A stretch of 64,000 nt of DNA from Eledone cirrhosa. Its lineage: Eukaryota. Both the position numbers and the translations under genes were made by a program. The stretch spans positions 39,060,001 to 39,124,000 of the forward strand of contig OZ024747.1 of NCBI GenBank assembly GCA_964016885.1, written 5' to 3'. The notes below the pieces were generated by a model, which worked only from the letters and a program-made list of their open reading frames with translations, was not told where the DNA came from and did no database searches. Position 1 is the stretch's first letter. The number at the start of each line of letters is the position of its first letter. Below, in pieces: positions 58,895 to 64,000 of this stretch.

Positions 58895-60420
58895 AATATA
58901 TCAACTAACATAAGCGCACAGATGTACGCTAATGCCAGCAAATACACAGGTTATGTCATAGTACCTAGGTGGTTCAATGCAGGAGGATGCAGAACAATAA
59001 TATAAAAGACGTAAAATAAGAAAATTCTTTGAAAAAATTTTTTTTAAAATTTGTTTAACTTACTTACTTAAATTTTCACTCCAACTAATTAGTTTCTGCA
59101 ATGGGATAAAGACAGTTACGTAATCTAACTGTCGAGAATTCATTGCGTCATCAGGGAGTCTATTCTCAGCTAAGTCTCCAGGCAATGCGCGGACACTGGC
59201 GGCTCATATAAAAATAATAATAATTCGGTAGATGGAACAGCTAGCGGGGACTGTATTCCATGCACTGAAATCCTCACTGCCTCTAGTCAAATGGCCGATT
59301 CTAAAGAATCAATCACGTGACACAGAGGCTAGTCAGTAGGAATGGGATGGTAAGATGACAGACGCCTACTAACACCCCCCAAAACAATTTTAGAAATGGT
59401 TTTGGCAGGTTTGCTCGACAAATCAATGATTTGGAGATAAATATAGATAATTTAATATATCAAGTAACATAAGCGCACAGATGTACGCTAATGCCAGCAA
59501 ATACACAGGTTATGTCATAGTACCTAGGTGGTTCAATGCAGGAGGATGCAGAACAATAATATAAAAGACGTAAAATAAGAAAATTCTTTAAAAAAATGTT
59601 TTTTTTTAAATTTTATCTTACTTACTTAAATTTTCACTCCAACTAATTAGTTTCTGCAATGGGATAAAGACAGTTACGTAATCTAACTGTCGAGAATTCA
59701 TTGCGTCATCAGGGAGTCTATTCTCAGCTAAGTCTCCAGGCAATGCGCGGACACTGGCGGCTCATATAAAAATAATAATAATTCGGTAGATGGAACAGCT
59801 AGCGGGGACTAAATTCCATGCACTGAAATCCTCACTGCCTCTAGTCAAATGGCCGATTCTAAAGAATCAATCACGTGACACAGAGGCTAGTCAGTAGGAA
59901 TGGGATGGTAAGATGACAGACGCCTACTAACACCCCCCAAAAAAATTTTAGAAGTGGTTTTGGCAGGTTTGCTCGACAAATCAGTGATTTGGAGATAAAT
60001 ATAGATAATTTAATATATCAACTAACATAAGCGCACAGATGTACGCTAATGCCAGCAAATACACAGGTTATGTCATAGTACCTAGGTGGTTCAATGCAGG
60101 AGGATGCAGAACAATAATATAAAAGACGTAAAATAAGAAAATTCTTTAAAAAAAACGTTTTTTTAAAATGTTTACTTTACTTACTTAAATTTTCACTCCA
60201 ACTAATTAGTTTCTGCAATGGGATAAAGACAGTTACGTAATCTAACTGTCGAGAATTCATTGCGTCATCATGGAGTCTATTCTCAGCTAAGTCTCCAGGC
60301 AATGCGCGGACACTGGCGGCTCATATAAAAATAATAATAATTCGGTAGATGGAACAGCTAGCGGGGACTGAATTCCATGCACTGAAATCCTCACTGCCTC
60401 TAGTCAAATGGCCGATTCTA
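58889..60420 (-). repeat. Tandem array 1: ~2.7 copies of a 558-559 bp hammerhead-containing unit (candidate retrozyme)
   Basis: Marker taagcgcaca at 58911, 59470, 60028; both ends abut (TA)n. Confidence 0.9.
59078..59159 (-). ncRNA. Type I hammerhead ribozyme (repeated at 59636-59717; core-mutated at 60195-60276)
   Basis: ACTCC-CTGATGA-CGCAATG...GACAGTTA/TAACTGTC...CATTGCA-GAAAC-TAATTA-GTT-GGAGT. Confidence 0.75.
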
Positions 60421-61190
60421 TATATATATGATGTGATGGAACTGACTCCAGAAATTGTATTTATTTGTGTTCAAACGTTTGAAAAACGTTGACACTTGAG
60501 TTATGTCAACTACATCAATAAAGACCTCAGGCCAATCAACAGTGAAGCAAATTTAACATTCGATATGCAATACAATCATTTCAAATTGAATTTTCTTTAT
60601 TTCATACGCAATATATACACTCTGGTATAGCGCCGAGTGTTAATATTGTTGCCACCTACAGTATTCGAGAAGAAATACTGACTAACACACACAAGCGCGC
60701 ACACACACCACACACACATACACACATACACTACAAATATGTATTCACTCACACACACAAATACACACAAGCATTTTTTTAGAAAAGTAATATCGCAACG
60801 AATTCACTTCAAATTCGCTGCCATATTTCTGCTTAGTCACTGTGTCTAGCAGTCCAATGAAACTGAAGCATATAGTTCACTGCGACATTTCACTACAGAA
60901 ATTAAAATTTCCACTCTGCTCATACTTACTCAATGTTCATTCCATTATTTTTTAATGCATTAGCTACAATGGAATTCTAATCATCTAATATATAGTATTC
61001 AATACGTAACTGACAATAGAACATGGATATTATTCATTATGTGTACGTCCCTCAGTTGAATCTGAACAAATCAGGTATATTCATTTCCGTTCATTTGTAT
61101 GCCATTGTGTAATATGGTGTGCATGAAAGTATATTTCCCGTAAGAAATGTGAGAAAATTTCAGATCAATCGTCACCGTAAAGTTTCAGTA

Positions 61191-61266
<76 letters not shown>

Positions 61267-61382
61267 TTACGAATGTATATGTCACTGTTGTAACTAATTA
61301 TAATTAAATCGTTCGATGGTCTGAGTGCTTGCATATTTATACCAAACATATACTACTATATATATATATATATAAAGAGAGA

Positions 61383-61480
<98 letters not shown>

Positions 61481-61514
61481 ATATTTTACAATATTTATCC
61501 CTTTTTATTTTCAG

Positions 61515-61590
61515 ATGGGATTCTTGAAACACACCTCACAGGGATACAATTCTTTACGATAGCAAATATGAAGGCTAAAGAGCCCTGAAG
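61515..61590 (+). other. Candidate spliced exon (non-coding or terminal)
   Basis: CTTTTTATTTTCAG acceptor and AAG|GTAAC donor; stop codons in all three frames. Confidence 0.3.
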
Positions 61591-61796
61591 GTAACAATTT
61601 TAATATATTGATAACCGAGCTTTTCAGTTTAATCACAAACATGTTCATGAATTATTATTTTTTACTTCTGATAAAACCTTTCAGACATACTTTCACACAT
61701 ACGTCTATGCTTGTATATATATATATATAGTGGTGGAACACTGTAAGGTAATATCCGTAGTGGTAGAGCACTCAGTCCAAGGGACGAGTTAGGTAG

Positions 61797-61871
61797 AAGT
61801 GGTTACACAACAGTTAGTTCACCATACCGAGAACAATTCGGTATGGTGAACTAACTGTTGTGTAACCACTT
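61797..61871. repeat. Perfect 34-bp hairpin with 7-nt loop
   Basis: aagtggttacacaacagttagttcaccataccga-gaacaat-exact reverse complement, immediately before (TA)n. Confidence 0.9.
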
Positions 61872-61876
61872 ATATA

Positions 61877-61942
<66 letters not shown>

Positions 61943-61951
<9 letters not shown>

Positions 61952-64000
61952 GACGTAAAATAAGAAAATATTTTTTTAAAAAAATTTAAAAAAAATTTTT
62001 TTCTTACTTAAATTTTCACTCCAACTAATTAGTTTCTGCAATGGGATAAAGACAGTTACGTAATCCAACTGTCGAGAATTCATTGCGTCATCAGGAAGTC
62101 TATTCTCAGTTAAGTCTCCAGGCAATGCGCGGACACTGGCGGCTCATATAAAAATAATAATAATTCGGTAGATCGAACAGCTTGCGAGGACTGAATTCTA
62201 TGTACCGAAATTCTCACTGCTTCAAGTCAAATGGCCGATTCTAAAGAATCAATCACGTGACACAGAGGCTAGTTAGAAGGAATGGGATGGTAAGATGACT
62301 GACGCCTACTAACACCCCAAAAAAAATTTTTTTAGAAGTGGTTTTGACAAGTTTGCTCGACAAATCAGTGATTTGGAGATAAATATAGATAATTTAATAT
62401 ATCAACTAACATAAGCGCACAGATGCACGCCCATGCCAGCAAATACACAGGTTATGTCATAGTACCTAGGTGGTTCAATGCAGGAGAATGCAGAACAATA
62501 ATATAAAGGACGTAAAATAAGAAAATATTTTTTTAAAAAAATTTAAAAAAAATTTTTTTCTTACTTAAATTTTCACTCCAACTAATTAGTTTCTGCAATG
62601 GGATAAAGACAGTTACGTAATCCAACTGTCGAGAATTCATTGCGTCATCAGGAAGTCTATTCTCAGTTAAGTCTCCAGGCAATGCGCGGACACTGGCGGC
62701 TCATATAAAAATAATAATAATTCGGTAGATCGAACAGCTTGCGAGGACTGAATTCTATGTACCGAAATTCTCACTGCTTCAAGTCAAATGGCCGATTCTA
62801 AAGAATCAATCACGTGACACAGAGGCTAGTTAGAAGGAATGGGATGGTAAGATGACTGACGCCTACTAACACCCCAAAAAAAATTTTTTTAGAAGTGGTT
62901 TTGACAAGTTTGCTCGACAAATCAGTGATTTGGAGATAAATATAGATAATTTAATATATCAACTAACATAAGCGCACAGATGCACGCCCATGCCAGCAAA
63001 TACACAGGTTATGTCATAGTACCTAGGTGGTTCAATGCAGGAGAATGCAGAACAATAATATAAAGGACGTAAAATAAGAAAATATTTTTTTAAAAAAATT
63101 TAAAAAAAATTTTTTTCTTACTTAAATTTTCACTCCAACTAATTAGTTTCTGCAATGGGATAAAGACAGTTACGTAATCCAACTGTCGAGAATTCATTGC
63201 GTCATCAGGAAGTCTATTCTCAGTTAAGTCTCCAGGCAATGCGCGGACACTGGCGGCTCATATAAAAATAATAATAATTCGGTAGATCGAACAGCTTGCG
63301 AGGACTGAATTCTATGTACCGAAATTCTCACTGCTTCAAGTCAAATGGCCGATTCTAAAGAATCAATCACGTGACACAGAGGCTAGTTAGAAGGAATGGG
63401 ATGGTAAGATGACTGACGCCTACTAACACCCCAAAAAAAATTTTTTTAGAAGTGGTTTTGACAAGTTTGCTCGACAAATCAGTGATTTGGAGATAAATAT
63501 AGATAATTTAATATATCAACTAACATAAGCGCACAGATGCACGCCCATGCCAGCAAATACACAGGTTATGTCATAGTACCTAGGTGGTTCAATGCAGGAG
63601 AATGCAGAACAATAATATAAAGGACGTAAAATAAGAAAATATTTTTTTAAAAAAATTTAAAAAAAATTTTTTTCTTACTTAAATTTTCACTCCAACTAAT
63701 TAGTTTCTGCAATGGGATAAAGACAGTTACGTAATCCAACTGTCGAGAATTCATTGCGTCATCAGGAAGTCTATTCTCAGTTAAGTCTCCAGGCAATGCG
63801 CGGACACTGGCGGCTCATATAAAAATAATAATAATTCGGTAGATCGAACAGCTTGCGAGGACTGAATTCTATGTACCGAAATTCTCACTGCTTCAAGTCA
63901 AATGGCCGATTCTAAAGAATCAATCACGTGACACAGAGGCTAGTTAGAAGGAATGGGATGGTAAGATGACTGACGCCTACTAACACCCCAAAAAAAATTT
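61943..64000 (-). repeat. Tandem array 2: at least 3.7 copies of a 557 bp unit, runs off the window
   Basis: Marker taagcgcaca at 62412, 62969, 63526; units appear identical to each other. Confidence 0.92.
62018..62099 (-). ncRNA. Type I hammerhead ribozyme (repeated at 62575-62656, 63132-63213, 63689-63770)
   Basis: ACTTC-CTGATGA-CGCAATG...CATTGCA-GAAAC-TAATTA-GTT-GGAGT. Confidence 0.75.

Noticed and set aside
58889-64000. CRISPR array, rDNA/5S or snRNA tandem gene cluster
   Set aside because: No repeat-spacer structure and no recognisable rRNA or snRNA sequence; eukaryotic context

Overview
AT-rich, microsatellite-dense eukaryotic (metazoan) DNA; the SINE sequences and repeat style suggest a cephalopod such as Octopus (inference, not verified). 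No convincing host protein-coding gene is present, only two weak spliced-exon candidates. Three things dominate. (1) Many decayed Penelope-like elements (PLEs; RT and GIY-YIG fragments, inverted pLTRs, minimal type I hammerhead ribozymes) plus one Helitron sit next to (TA)n tracts. (2) A ~22 kb nest (30.1-52.5 kb) of non-LTR retrotransposons punctuated by (ATT)n: L1/Tx1-like elements on + (one with an intact 1139-aa ORF2) alternate with two families of R4/Dong-like restriction-like-endonuclease elements on - (one with a single frameshift). (3) Two (TA)n-adjacent tandem arrays of a non-coding ~557-559 bp unit (58.9-60.4 kb and 61.9 kb to the window end), each unit carrying a type I hammerhead motif on the minus strand with a palindromic stem III: a candidate retrozyme/circular-RNA system. 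Element boundaries were read by eye and are approximate to a few tens of bp unless stated.
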